From the NCBI RefSeq assembly GCF_001194135.2, contig NC_068981.1, positions 111,028,462-111,092,461 of the forward strand: DNA of 64,000 nt, written 5' to 3'. Numbering within the stretch: position 1 is the stretch's first letter; each line of letters begins with the position of its first letter. This document shows, piece by piece, positions 24,331-37,879 of this stretch. The notes beneath the pieces were generated by a model. That model was given only the letters and a program-made list of their open reading frames with translations. It was not told where the DNA came from and ran no database searches. The DNA comes from Octopus bimaculoides. Lineage: Eukaryota. The position numbers and the translations under genes were made by a program.

Positions 24331-26660
24331 GAACTCCCCTGCTAGAACATTTGTCACTGGCAAATGGGCAATCACAGAAAAATTCTAGTAGCAGAAGGGT
24401 AAAAGAACTAGAAAAAGGAGGTAGCAAAACATATCAAATGAATATGCAAAGAAAATATACAGGAAATAAGCAGTCAAATAATAAACACAAGAATGCTGAA
24501 AATACATATATGCATGAGTTCAGGCAATAATAAAATTGTTCAGATGTAAACAGTCTTACATAATTTTTTTGGCCAGTGCACTCTTCTACCACTATGCGTT
24601 GTAGTGATGTATTTTGATGCAGGGGTAGGTGGCTGTGTTTTTGGAGGTGGTGGTGAAGGTGCGGTGTTTGCTGTTTGAAAAGGTGTGTAACAAAGGGGAA
24701 TTTTGGCTCTGGAGTGAGGGCTTCTGAGAAAGCATGCTTCACTCTGTCTATTGACACTGTCTCTTTTTTTGTCCATGATTGTCTATGGTAAAGAGTTTAT
24801 GAGTCTTTGCAAGGACATGATAGGGTCCTTTATAAGGCTGTGTAAAGGGTCCTCGCACTGAGCCATCTTTGAGAAATACATGTGTCCAAGAAGAAATGTC
24901 TGCTGGAACAGCAGTAGGAATAGTCTGATGTTGAGAAGACATTGGTGGAAGATCAGCAAAGTAAGTTTGTAGTCTATGTACATAAGATGCAGGATCTTGA
25001 GTCGATAAATCCGCAGGTGCCAACATTTGGCCTGGTAGAGATAGTGGTGAACTGTAGAGAAGTTCAGCAGGAGAATATCCTAGATCTTCTTTAACAGAGG
25101 AGTGACAACCCAAAAGGACAACAGAAAGGTACTGACTCCAATGGTGGGGATCTGGGCAGGATCATAATGCAGCTTTAAGTTGATGGTGGAATCTTCCTAC
25201 CATACCATTAGATGCAGGATGGTAACTGCTTGTACGGATATACTTAATGCCTAAAATTTTCGAAAGTTCTGTAAAAAGCTGCAACTCAAACTGTCTTCCA
25301 TGATCAGTAGTGATCCTTAAGGGAATACCAAAATACAAAATCAAAGTCAAAACTAGAGCTTGGGCAACCAACTCTGCAGAAATATCACACAATGGAACAG
25401 CTTCAGGCCAACATGAAAATCGGTCTACATATGTAAGAATTTAGCTGAAACCATGACTAGCAATCCAAGGACCGATCAGGTCTCTGTGAACATGCTTAAA
25501 ACGAGTATCTGGATGTTCAAAAGTGCCAAGGAGTGAACAAATATGCTTGTGTATCTTACTTAGAACACTGGTATTGTAAACAGGAGTGAGACCATGCAGT
25601 AGTATGCTGATACATATTTGGCCAGAGAAAATGAGCCAAAATAAGCTTTACTGAAGCAGCATTTCCAGGGTGAGATAACAAATTCAAAGCATTGAAAATC
25701 AGTCGCCAGTGACACTCTGAAACTAGCGGATGCAGAGAACCAGGTGATGTGCCATACAATATGGTCCAGCCTGCAGTCGATACTGGAAGATATTCAAATT
25801 TGCAACTGGTGAATTCTTCAGATGCGGTATCCAAGTTAAAGCAGGCTGGTTAGCAGCCAAAGCAGAAAAATTGATTTCAGAAACAGATGATAAATAGCAA
25901 ACAGGAAGGTGTGATAAGGCATCTGCAACAACATTGCTAGAACCAGAAATATGCTGAATATCACTAGTGCACTGTGATATATAATCTAATTGTTGGGTTT
26001 CTCTAGGTGAATGCTTGTCGGATTTTGATAACAAAGTGAACACGAGAGGTTTGTAATCTGTGAAAATGGTAAATTGTCGGCCTTCTAATAGATTGGAGAA
26101 ATTCTTCACAGCTAAGAATATAGCTAAAAGGTCTCTGCCAAAAGTGCTGTACCAAGATTCAGTAGGTTTGAGCTGGCGAGAGAAAAGTGCTAAAGGTTGC
26201 ATTTTATCCTTGTAAGATTGTTGGAGAACAGCACCAACAGCAGTATCAGATCCATCAGCAGAGAGAGAGAGATGAGCACCCTCAGCCGGATAAGTGAGCA
26301 AGGACATGTTTCGCAGTTCAACTGTCACTGTTTGAAAAGTTTGTAGTTGCGACAGTGTAATAACCTCGTTTTTTGGTATTGTTTTTTGGTATCATGGCTG
26401 TTTTGCTGAGAGGGTGTGAAGATGCATTCCTCCTTGTTCTTTCCCACACCAGGAAGACTAGTTAAGGAAACCCTGATCATGTCAGCAGTCCCCTCTTCTA
26501 AGACTCTGAATCATGCATTCTTAGAAGATTTGAATTCTTTGAGTTCTAAAATGGCTTGGAGTGTTGTTGCTTGATTTGAACTGCTGTAAAATCTGTGTTA
26601 AAGGAACTAATTTTGCAGTACAATTTGGAATAAATCTGCAGTAAAAATTCACCAATCACC

Positions 26661-26954
26661 AGGTGCAGGAGTGGCTGTGTGGTAAGTAGCTTGTTTACCA
26701 ACCACATGGTTCTGGGTTCAGTCCCACTGCGTGGNNNNNNNNNNNNNNNNNNNNNNNNNNNNNNNNNNNNNNNNNNNNNNNNNNNNNNNNNNNNNNNNNN
26801 NNNNNNNNNNNNNNNNNNNNNNNNNNNNNNNNNNNNNNNNNNNNNNNNNNNNNNNNNNNNNNNNNNNNNNNNNNNNNNNNNNNNNNNNNNNNNNNNNNNN
26901 NNNNNNNNNNNNNNNNNNNNNNNNNNNNNNNNNNNNNNNNNNNNNNNNNNNNNN

Positions 26955-26989
<35 letters not shown>

Positions 26990-27185
26990 CTGTGTTTGTC
27001 CCTCCATCATCGCTTGACAACCGATGCTGGTGTGTTTATGTCTCTGTAACTTAGTGGTTCGGCAAAAGAGACCGATAGAATAAGTACTAGGCTTACAAAG
27101 AATAAGTCTTGGGGTCTATTTGCTTGGCTAAAGGTGGTGCTCCAGCATGGCCACAGTTAAATGACTGAAACAAGTAAAAGAGTAA
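26661..27185 (+). mobile_element. tRNA-derived SINE inserted in the Gypsy 2 RT thumb (partly N gap)
   Basis: SINE head at 26661 and tail at 27000-27185; RT reads ..MLRHFLGL on one side and LVNFYCRFIPNCTAKLVPLTQI on the other. Confidence 0.88.
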
Positions 27186-29207
27186 AAGAGTAATCCCAAA
27201 AAGTGGCGAAGCATAGTTGGAGGAGCTAAACTCTGTATAGCTTGGATTTTCTCAGGAAGAGGACAAATGCTGTTGCTGTCTATTAGATGTCCCAAAGATT
27301 CCAAAGAGGAGGAGCCAAAAACACACTTGGCAGGATTTATTTTCACTTGGTACGTACTCAAATGCTGGAAAAGTAGTGTTAAGTGCTGGATATGTTCCTC
27401 AAGAGTAGAAGTGGTGATTAGCAGATCATCTATATAAGCAAACACAATTTGCAACCTATGAATGACTTCATCCATAAATCTCTGGAATGTGCTAGCTGTG
27501 TTTCTGAGTGCAAAATGCATGGAGAAAATTCCAAAGAACCAAATGGAGTGACGATAGCAGTCTTTGGTATATTGTCTGGTTTTACAGGAATCTGATGATA
27601 AGCTCTCACTAAGTCTATTTTTGAAAAGTCTGTGCAACCAGGTAACGCAGAAGCAAAATCATGCAGGTGAGATATTAGGTACCTGTCTGGAATGGTAATA
27701 GAAAAGGTGTCTAAAATCTCTTACAAGACAAAAATCTGTAGACCTCTGTGGGACGAGGTGGAGGGGCGTATAAGCCCTAGCTGCAACATGTGGTCAAATT
27801 CTGCCTTTGCTGCCTTGAGTTTATCCGGCACCAACCAGCAAGGTCGTGAAAACACAGGAAGACCAGTGGTAGTGAGCTAAAACTTGGAGTAGCTGAACTG
27901 ATACAGCTGTAGAGCTATCCAACAAAGATTGCTTGCGACCATCAACTAGCAAAATTGGGTATGATAGGTCAGCAATGATAAAAATCCACTTAAAATCTCT
28001 GTGAAGTGCTAAATCTAAAGAAAGGGATATCTGGCCAGACATCTGAATGGGTGAATGATTCATCATTTGTAGCAAAATGTCTGTAGGAAGTGACTGCGCC
28101 ATAAGGAATTTTACTGGCCAGATACTGCAGGCTGCGCCAGTGTCTACCATAAGTAGCTTGCGGGAATTCAAATCTTCTAAGAATGCATGATTCAGAGTCT
28201 TAGAAGAGGGGACTGCTGACATGGTCAGGGTTTCCTTAACTAGTCTTCCTGGTGTGGGAAAGAACAAGGAGGAATGCATTTTCACACCCTCTCAGCAAAA
28301 CAGCCATGATACCAAAAATATGGCAAGGTAGCAGGAGAAAATGAACAGTGTCTTGGTGAAGACGAACAGCTAGAGGGCCAGTGGTGAAAAGAATTCTGCA
28401 CAGAACACAACTTTCTGACTTCTTTGAGTTCTAAAGTGGCTTGGAGTGTTGTTGCTTGATTTGAACTGCTGTCATCTGAAGAAGGCAAAGGCATGATAAC
28501 TACTTTATTATCAACATGGACGTTGTTGGAATACTCCATTATTTTACCAGCAGATGGTGCTAGTTGGTCTACAGAACTGAACTCTAACATGGGCAGCAAT
28601 ATGGACTGAACATATGGGGTAACCCCGAGAAGAAGAGTTGTTTGATAAGAGAGCTGTCCTCAGTTGAGGCATCGGTTAATTCCCATATTCTTTGCAAAAA
28701 TTTGGTGGGCTTTCTATCACCCAAATTTCGGTCATTTAAACATGTCTTAAAATGGCATTCAGCAGATATGGTGGTCCTACAAATAATCTCCTGCTTAATG
28801 GAGGTATACATGGCATCAGGCAGGGTGTCAGTGATTAAATGTTTGAGGTGAACCACAAGAGCAGAAGGAATGGCACTAACCAAAATATGAAGTTGCAGTT
28901 GGACTGATTGAATGTTGGCAGCGAGAAAATGGGATTTGACTTGAGTGTATCATACTTTCACATCTCCATTGAACACTGGTAATATAGAAGGGTTTATGAT
29001 GCTGAAAAACTTTATGAAAGTCTGTCACTGTGAGCAAGAAGCAAGACAAATTTCTGGTGCTAAAATAGGGTTATCCAGAGGCATGAAATCTGCAATGCAA
29101 GCTCAACACAAACTTAAGTACACCACACATGTGAGTTAAGTGCCTTATTTCCTCTTTTAAGACATAAATACTGGTTGAAAAAGAATGTTTGGCACAGGGT
29201 TGCCAGT

Positions 29208-30050
29208 TTTAGCGGGATACTAGACATTACACCAAACTCAGTGGTGTGGTGATGGCCATGTAGTATTCCACTAAATTTAAGTTGTATAACAGTATTCTGT
29301 CATAAAAGGAAGATCAGACTCCATACACTATTAAGTAGAATTTATTTGGGATAGATGATACAAACACAGCTTTTCATACAATGTAAGATATCAAATGTTA
29401 ACATGTTGTGGATCCTTTTTGAATAACAAGTAAACTAGTCATGAGACAAAATTGCAAGGGTATCAGAAATGTGTGTGTGGTGTCATGTGTGAGGCTTAGA
29501 TGGAAAACATATTCAGTTCATAGCTTGGATTTACTGTTACAAGTTTATAGCAGGTGTCAACGAAATTGGTAACATGACAGGCCAATGATGAGTAAGCTGT
29601 GGCAGTAGAGTTAGCTGCTGAACAAATTGCCATGATAATGCAGGATATAATGGTAGCTGTTGAATATTTGTTGTGAAAACGATGGTGGTCAGCAATCTGC
29701 TAGGCAAGCATCATTAGAACGATGGTAGTAAGAAGACTGCTAGGCAAACATCATTAGAACAATGCTAGCCACATATGGTCTATGGCCTGAGGTAAAAGAG
29801 TCCAGACAGCCGAAAACACTGCTATTTATATCTTTTGTGGCTTAGTGCTTGATTTTCCCACCAGGGGGTGGGGAAATGACTTGTTGTAGGGACATGACTG
29901 GATAGTTGTACTTGACCAACCAACTCGCCAATCACCAGATCATGTGATAGCTGAATGAGGAGGCTTTGTATAATCTAATTGAAGACATTTAATATTAAAC
30001 AACTGAGGCTTTGGTAACCACTTCTGGTAATGCCTCTGGTAACTCTTCTG
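29208..30050 (-). repeat. 5' LTR of Gypsy element 2
   Basis: Direct repeat of 23507-24330; outer end degraded. Confidence 0.85.
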
Positions 30051-30639
30051 CTCTTAAACATTTTCAAATTTCACTCACAGCAAAAAGTAAATCGGCTAGG
30101 TCTTCATCTCCACATACTGAATAAATGTTGAAAAGATGCATTTAAGAAATATTACGATTAGTTATTTAAAAATATACAAATATAAATCACTGAAGCTGAT
30201 TTTTTCTTATTAAAATGGAACATTTCTTGACAGTTATTTCTAAAAGAAATTTTTAATCTCTGAAATCAAAAGACATTTTGAAATTTTCAATGTGTATATA
30301 TAAAAAAGATAATAAAAGCCACTTAAAATTGTAAAGCTAAAATAAAATGTACTTAGTTGACAAACTGGCTTTAGAAAACTATTACGATAACAATTTTGAA
30401 ATCAGAAGTAAACAGTATACATAAATATGTGTTGAAACATTAAATTAACAATAAATAATAGCACAACTTTAGAAGTTTATCTACATGTCATTCTTTCACA
30501 TTTCCACTAACTTTTACTTCAAAATTTGTAACCTTGAGCTTTCATCAAGCGTTCATTAGCTTCAAAATTCTCCATAAGAAGATCTTTCATTTTAAATTCA
30601 TATGGATGATGTAATATGTTTGTTCTTTGTTTCATATAT

Positions 30640-31620
30640 TAAACCTTTTTGAATTTGATGTGTATCTTGTTTCAGTAGGTAAATTCTGTTTGCATATATA
30701 ACCTCATTCAATCAGGTTCCATTGCTTCAGTTATTGCATCCACAGCTTGATTTCCAATTCTTATGTGTCTTTTGTTCTGGTCATTATTTGTCAATTTTTG
30801 TAATGACTCTCTTTCAGTCATACTAAGGATTTTTACTTTTCCAAGTTCATTGAGAATTTCTTGCTTTGTTTGTTCTATCTGATCATTATGCATATGAGTA
30901 AAAGTATTCTCATCCATATTGTTAATTTTGTCTTTCAGCTTGAACCTGCTCTCTTGTATTTCTGATACTTACAATATTTTTGTGAAATTTCTTCCAATGA
31001 CAGTTTAGATACTAAGATTTGTGATTTCTCTGTTGTCACATATTCATTTTCATCCCTATTTGATACTGATAATCACAAACCTTTTTCTATTTTCTTCATC
31101 ATTTAATTTAACTCTGCATTTGTTTGTTACTTGTTTCTGAGAATCTCTCTTCTTACATTTGCAAGTTTGTTTTCATCCATGTTTGGTCTCATTTCTGGAT
31201 TTCTTTCCATCCATGCCCTAACAGAATTTACTGTGTGCTTTGGTTCTGGTTTGCCCAATGAGTGTTAAAATGTGTATATCACTTGTTTATACTCTGATCC
31301 ATTTGTTATATTTAGATTTTTGTCTTCCTTGTTCTGCTATACTTGAGGACTTGGGTTGAGATTAATCTTGTTTAAGTCTGTATTCAAGTTTGTATTTGGA
31401 GAAGAGCTTGTTTTAGTAGCTGACTTTTCACTCTTAGGCTGATTCCTCCCTGAGGGATTGGCTCTTGTTGAACTGGGTGACAACCAATCCAGTACACGTT
31501 TTTCTCTGTAGATATTGCATTTTTTTTTGTTATGTATTTATTTAAATCCTTTACTGTCAAAGGGTAATTTTGTCCAAGATACTGTAGCAAAAGCTTGATA
31601 ACTCTTGACCTTTAGCTACC
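30640..31620 (-). mobile_element. 5' coding region of an R4/Dong-like REL LINE (decayed)
   Basis: Minus-strand remnants WMERNPEMRPNMDENKLANVRREILRNK and ORF 30708-30917. Confidence 0.6.
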
Positions 31621-32344
31621 CACATTGTGGCGTTTTACTTTTAGCTACGTATTTTTAGTTCATCATGTGATGGTCCAGTCCATTTAGCTTTATTTGAACT
31701 GTTCACCCTTTAACGTGATGGACTAGCCTAGTGTCCCTATGTCAGTTTTTTAACGGATGAATTTTCAAGCTAATTCCTTATGGAGATGAGTTTGCTATGA
31801 GTGAGTTTTGGATCTTCGACAGTGAGAGCAGTGTATTCACTTTGCAGTTTTAGCAATAACAGAATTAAAACTAGAATCCTTGATGCTATGCTTCACGTCT
31901 TTTCAATATTTTGAACAGAATTGTAACCAGAATCCTTGATGCTATTCATCATGTTTTTCTAACCTTTCATCTTCAACTTCTATAGATATTTGAATCTATG
32001 TAATGTATTGACAATTATTAATGTCCTACTAGTTTGTTGTATTTCACTTTAGTGATGGTAATAAATGTTTCAGTGTGGTCAACTTCACCGTTGCATTTTC
32101 TTATTAATATCCATCCTAGCTTATTTTAATCAAAAGGCATTATATTATCAGGCCTTAAGCCACATTTCATACAACAACACTCATTGCTAAAATACCAACT
32201 CTACGGCAAGATTAGTGAGCTCATCCTGGCCATGAAATATGGTTGCTTTCCATATTATTATTTTATTGTCTTTGCACAGCTTCTAATGCTGGAGATATAC
32301 TACGGTGTTAGCTATTCACTACCAGTGAACTAAGATAACACTCC

Positions 32345-32520
32345 TTATGTTTTGAGCACCATCCACAGTATTTGAGCATTTCCAAGCAGTGCTGTTTTCT
32401 GCAAGTGCTTCACCCTTATTGTAGCCCCTATTTGTTCCATATACTTCTTAAGATTTTTACTCACTGTTCCCAGGGCTCTGGCAATTATTGGTACTACTAC
32501 CACCTTTTTCAGTGACCACA
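32345..32520 (-). mobile_element. REL LINE C-terminal fragment
   Basis: LWSLKKVVVVPIIARALGTVSKNL...LQKTALLGNAQILWMVL. Confidence 0.75.
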
Positions 32521-32785
32521 ACTGCTTTATTATTATTATTATTATTGGTTTCTCCTTTACAGGTGCCAGTGCCATGAAAATGCACTTGTATTGGTGATAT
32601 GTAAATGCACTTGTGCCAGTGGCACATAAAAAAGACCCAGCACACTCTGTAAAGTGGTTGGCATTAGGAAGGGCATCCAACTGTAGAAACCATGCCACAA
32701 CAGACAACTGGAATCTGAACAGCTCTTTTCAAACAGTCTAACCCATACCAGCATGGAAAACAGTGATGATAATGACAACAACGAC

Positions 32786-32827
<42 letters not shown>

Positions 32828-32889
32828 GGCAGTGAACTGGCAGAACCATTAGCACACCGGGCAAAATGCTTAGCTGCATTTTGTCCATC

Positions 32890-33030
32890 TTTAAACTCTG
32901 AGTTCAAGTTCTTCTGAGGTCGACTTTGCCTTTTATCCTTTCAGGGTTGATAAATTAAGTACCAGTAAAACACTGAGGTTGATAAAATCAACTAGTCCCT
33001 TGCCCTTAAATTTCAGGCCTTGTGCCTTTA
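32890..33030 (+). mobile_element. SINE with Nin/Deu-like domain
   Basis: gaggtcgactttgccttttatcctttcagggttgataaattaagtaccag. Confidence 0.55.
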
Positions 33031-33039
33031 GTAGAAAGG

Positions 33040-33087
<48 letters not shown>

Positions 33088-33299
33088 GTTATTATTATTA
33101 TTATTCAATAGTCTTATTTTTATCACAAGCTTTCACTGCACTAGCAGGCACAGCTCCATGTGTCTTGTATATGTTTTGGTGTTGCTATTTTCACTGTATT
33201 CGAAGTGTTTTACATAAGATGCATGTGGTGCTTAGCATTGCTATTCTCTGTATATTATATATATTCATAAGTCCTGTTGTTTTGGTTACTCTTATACTC

Positions 33300-33690
33300 T
33301 TTTACATGTTGCAGTCATTTGACTGTGGCCATGCTGGAGCACCACCTTTAGTCGAGCAAATCAACCCCAAGACTTATTCTTTGGAAGCCTAGTACTTATT
33401 CTATCGGTCTCTTTTGTCAAACTGCTAAGTTATGGAGACGTAAACACACCAGCATCGGTTGTCAAGCGATGTTGGGGGGACAAACACACACACACACACA
33501 CATATATATATACATATACATATATACAATGGCCTTCTTTCAGTTTCTGTCTACCAAGTCCACTCACAAGGCTTTGGTCGGCCCGAGGCTATAGTAGGAG
33601 ACACTTGCCCAAGGTGCCACACCGTGGGACTGAACCCGGAACCATGTGCTTGGTAATCAAGCTACTTACCACACTGCCACTCCTGGTTAT
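33300..33690 (-). mobile_element. tRNA-derived SINE, near full length
   Basis: Head at 33600-33685 and tail at 33310-33480 match the 16310 and 26661 copies. Confidence 0.85.
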
Positions 33691-33719
33691 GTATGTTTTT
33701 TAAAGATACCTAATGTATT

Positions 33720-34835
33720 TATTATTATAGAGGTTGTTTTTGTTTTTATGAGTTAGGTTATCTCTGTTTCCAGATCTTTGTATTTCAAGAATTTCTCCAT
33801 TTCTTTTAGAGATACATTGTCATCTGTTGGGATTGATAAATCAATTAGAAGGCATGTTTTCCTTGGTGGTCTCTGACAACCTTGGCATATCTCAGTGTAT
33901 GGTTGCTTTGTCATCTTCTGAGATCTTTTCTGGGATATGCCTGAACCATCTTTTTTCTGTTGTCATTGTATATAGGTCCCAACTCTGTCATTGATATATT
34001 CCTTTTTAGTCAGAAATGGGCAATCAGAGACAATATCATTTAGTGTTTCTTCCCCATCACCACTTATTCTGCAGTTTCTTATTGTATTTTTCTTCATTAT
34101 GTGTTTCTGATGGTTTCTGGTGGGGAGGCTTTGATCTTGTGCCACAATTAAAAATTCTTCAGTGTCTGCTTTGAGTCCTGAGCTTCTCAACCATTGTTGG
34201 TATTTTACTTTGTCTATTTCTTTTCTGCTTAGCTTATCACAGTATTTGCCATCTGAGGGCTTTTCTTGCCATTGTTTTGTTATGGTATTTTGTAGTTCCA
34301 GTTTAGCATAGAGTTCAGTTGCTTTACAGCTTTTGTCTTTTGTTCTTTTTCTTCAAAGCTGTCCAGTATTATGAGTTTTTCTTGTATTTTTTTGGCTTCC
34401 TTGAATACAGAAAACTGTTTTATGTTTTGCTCATGCTTTGTGGCTATTTGTACCAGTTTTCCTTGGTTCTGTGTCCGATATTCCATTATTCCTATGGTTG
34501 ATATTTTATAGTAGTTTTCTTGTTGTATAAAGCCTCTACCACCTTGAATTTCTTGTATATATAACCTTTTTATATCAGATTTGAGGTGGTGTATTCTAAA
34601 TTCCATCATTATTTTTCTAGTTTGGTTAGTTCATTTAGTGTCCAATTAAGAATATTGTAATTGTAACTTATAACTGGGACAGCTAAAGTATCGATACCTA
34701 CTATCTTGTTTTTCACATTGAGCCCTATTTTAAGTATTAATCTGCAGTATTCCTTCCTTATTTTGTCTTTCATTTGTGTTTGGTGTAATTCTCTTATTTC
34801 ACTTTCTTTATCTAGTGTGATATTCATCTTCATCA
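33720..34835 (-). mobile_element. R4/Dong-like REL LINE fragment (RT thumb, zinc knuckle, REL)
   Basis: HHLKSDIKRLYIQEIQGGRGF, LKADTEEFLIVAQDQSLPTRN, CRISGDGEETLNDIVSDC. Confidence 0.85.
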
Positions 34836-36990
34836 TCATTTAATATTTGTTGTTGGTGCTGGCATGGGTTGAATGGTGACCAGAGCTGGCAAATTAGGGT
34901 GCTGCACCAGGCTCCAGTCTAATTTGGCATGGCTTCTACAGCTGGATGCCCTTCCTAGTGCCACCCTCTTTACAGAATGTGCTGGTGCTTTTATGTGGCA
35001 TGGGATGAGTGCTTTTTTTTTTGTGGCACTGGCACAGGGCTCTAGTAGGCCAATTCTCTTCATCAGGGGTGACCGGATTTAACACTTCTGCTGTGGAACC
35101 TAAGTCTTCTTGAGTACAGCAAGGTGCCAGGCATCTTGATCCTTTGTCATCTCACCCGAAAGGTTCAGCATCCTGAGGTTGTCCTTCAGTACTTCGTCCC
35201 ATATCTTCTTGGGTCTCCCACTTCTATGTGAACCATCTATTTTGAGAGATTGGCACATATTTATGGAGCTGTCAGCATCCATCTGCATCACATGACCAAA
35301 TCAGCGCAGTCTTCACACCTCTGTTGCAGAGTACGGCTCTTCTTGAGTACAGCAAGGCACCAGATATCTTAGTCCTTTGTCATCTTACCTGAAAGGTTCA
35401 GCATCTTGAAATCTTTCTTCAGTATTTCGCCTAATGACTTCCTGGGTCTTCCACTTCCACATGTTCCATCTACTGTGAGAGATCAGCACTTATTTATGAA
35501 ACAGTTGGCATCCATCTGCATCACATCATACCACATCCATCTGCATCACATGACAAAACCAGTACAGTTTTCACTCTTACACACCGCATTTGATTCTTCT
35601 TATGCCAAACTTCTGTCTCAATACACCAATACCCTGTTGAACAGGTATGCATACATAACACATCCAACAGAGCATACTAGCCTCATTCCTCACTAACCTT
35701 TGCATGTGTTCTGCATTCAGGGCCCATGTCTCACTACCATGTAGAATTGCTGTCCATATACATGCATCATACAATCTTTCTTTCACTCAGAGAGAAAGAC
35801 CTTTTGTAGCCAACAGAGGTAACAGCTCTCTGAGTTTCCTCCATTCTATTCTTATTGTAACTATCACACTCTTGATGCATTGTCTCTGAAGTTTTTATGG
35901 ATCCTGTTCATCTTCCACATACCTTCTCTGATAACCTTCCTATTAATCCACTGCACCTCTTATGTGTCCATTGCTTGCACTGGGTACACCACATGGAGTT
36001 CCTACCTACACCTTTCTTACAGATCAAACAGAGCCACCTATCTGAAGTGGGTAGTGTCCTGTCTGTTTTCTTGCTTACTAAGACCTTAGTCTTTGCTAAG
36101 TTAACCTTAAGGCCCTTAGATTCTAGGTTTTGCTTCCACACCTGTAATTTCTCTTTTAGCTCTGATATGAGGGCAAGATCATCAGTATTTAGTAGTTCCC
36201 AGGGGCTGCTAGTCTTGAATTCATCTAGAAGACAGTGATGAAAAGGAGGGGACTGAGGACTAAGCCTTGATGAACCCTTACCTGTACACCAAATTCTTTG
36301 CTGTACTTGTGATTAATTCTCACCTTATTGACAGAATCTCTGTACATGGGCTGTACAGCTTTCATCAGCCACTTGTCTATCCTTAGCCTCCTCAAAGCCC
36401 ACCATATCACACAGCAAGGTGCTCTATCAAAAGCTTTCTCTAGATCAATGAATGCCAAGTATAATGGTTTATTTTTAGGTAAATATTTCTCTTACAGTTG
36501 CCTGACTATGAAAATAGCATCAGTAGTGCTTCTTCCCCCAGACAAAGCCGATCTGCATTTCATCTAGCCTAATTCAACTCCTAATTAATTGGACTATCTC
36601 TCTCTCTCCATAATTTTCATCACTTGGTCCAGGAGCTTGATTCCTCTATAATTACTTCTATCGAAAGCTTCACCCTTACCTTTGTAGAAGCTAACAATAA
36701 TGCTGCTGTGCCACAGTCTTTGGGTATTACATCTTCCTGAATGACCTGATTAACTAATTGCATGACTAGCCTGTATCCTATCTTACCAGATATTTTGAGC
36801 ATCTCAGCTGTGATTCTAGATTCTGTGACTCCAGTTTTCATGTCTTTAATTGCCTTATCTACCATATTGCTCTTCACTAGGATAGCTGGTCCCTCTGTTG
36901 GGTTCACACGAGGGAGATTCCCCTTATCCCATTCATTCTCTACAGTCACCTCATAACTTTTTCCTCTTTCATCATGCCTCTTTCTTGTCC
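34835..36990 (-). mobile_element. RTE-clade LINE, decayed RT and 3' tail
   Basis: AFIDLEKAFDR, VHQGLVLSPLLF, LHGSETWALN, GRPKKIWDEV. Confidence 0.9.
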
Positions 36991-36994
36991 ACAT

Positions 36995-37860
36995 CACTAA
37001 GTGCAAGCGTCTATCTTTCTGTCAGTTTGAATGGTGAAGTTCCAGAGGAGTGCAATGTGATCATTTTCAAGTACTGGGAGTGGTTTGTGTTCCCACCAGT
37101 TTTTATCATGGGGCAAGTCCAGGTTTTTGCATATTACCCAGTGAATATATTGTGCAGCTCTATCATGCCTGTTGAGATACTCTGTAGGTGCAAGCAGACT
37201 GCACATGGAGACAACATGATCGATGGTCTCATTTTGTTGTTGGCATATACGACATAATGGGGAGCTGCCGTTCTTTAATATGTTGGCCTGGTAGTTCTTT
37301 GTAGGTAGGCATTGATCTTGGGNNNNNNNNNNNNNNNNNNNNNNNNNNNNNNNNNNNNNNNNNNNNNNNNNNNNNNNNNNNNNNNNNNNNNNNNNNNNNN
37401 NNNNNNNNNNNNNNNNNNNNNNNNNNNNNNNNNNNNNNNNNNNNTTCTGCAGGTGTTCCTAGTTCGTCTAATTCTTGAATTTGTTGCAATTGGAATTCAC
37501 TTAGATAGTCCTTTGCCTGTTTTGTTACTGAGTAAGATGCTTTCTTGCTTTCATGTTTTAAGACAAGTTTTAGCATCCAGTCCTCAGAGTTTTTCAGATA
37601 GGTGTCTAGGCCAATTGTGGCTACCTTCATTGATAATGCCAGCTGTAGAAGTCCTCGGCCTCCCTCTTTTCTTGGCAGATAAAGACGTTCTATATCTGCC
37701 TTAGGGTGGTGCATTCTATGCATTGTCAACAGTTTTCGTATTTTTCTGTCAACATAGAAAGGATTGAGGTAACTCCTCCTGAAGATATAGAGTCAAAATT
37801 AAAAGAAGTATTATTATGCTTATCATTATTATTGTTAATATTTTCTCTTTATCATAGGTT
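36995..37860 (-). mobile_element. R4/Dong-like REL LINE fragment
   Basis: HHPKADIERLYLPRKEGGRGL; CSLLAPTEYLNRHD...LWNFTIQTDRKID. Confidence 0.85.
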
Positions 37861-37879
37861 TTCTTGGAACTCCTGGAGT

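Larger units (their letters stand above)
23507..30050 (-). mobile_element. Decayed Gypsy LTR retrotransposon 2 (CsRN1-like)
   Basis: LTRs of about 820 bp; gag LGDRKPTKFL; protease MVDTGA; RT AYIDDLL; RNase H DGSDTAVGAVLQQ; integrase HPG...C..C and ITTDHGRQF; PPT at 24331-24341; PBS-like TGGCAACCCTG at 29205-29195. Confidence 0.93.
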
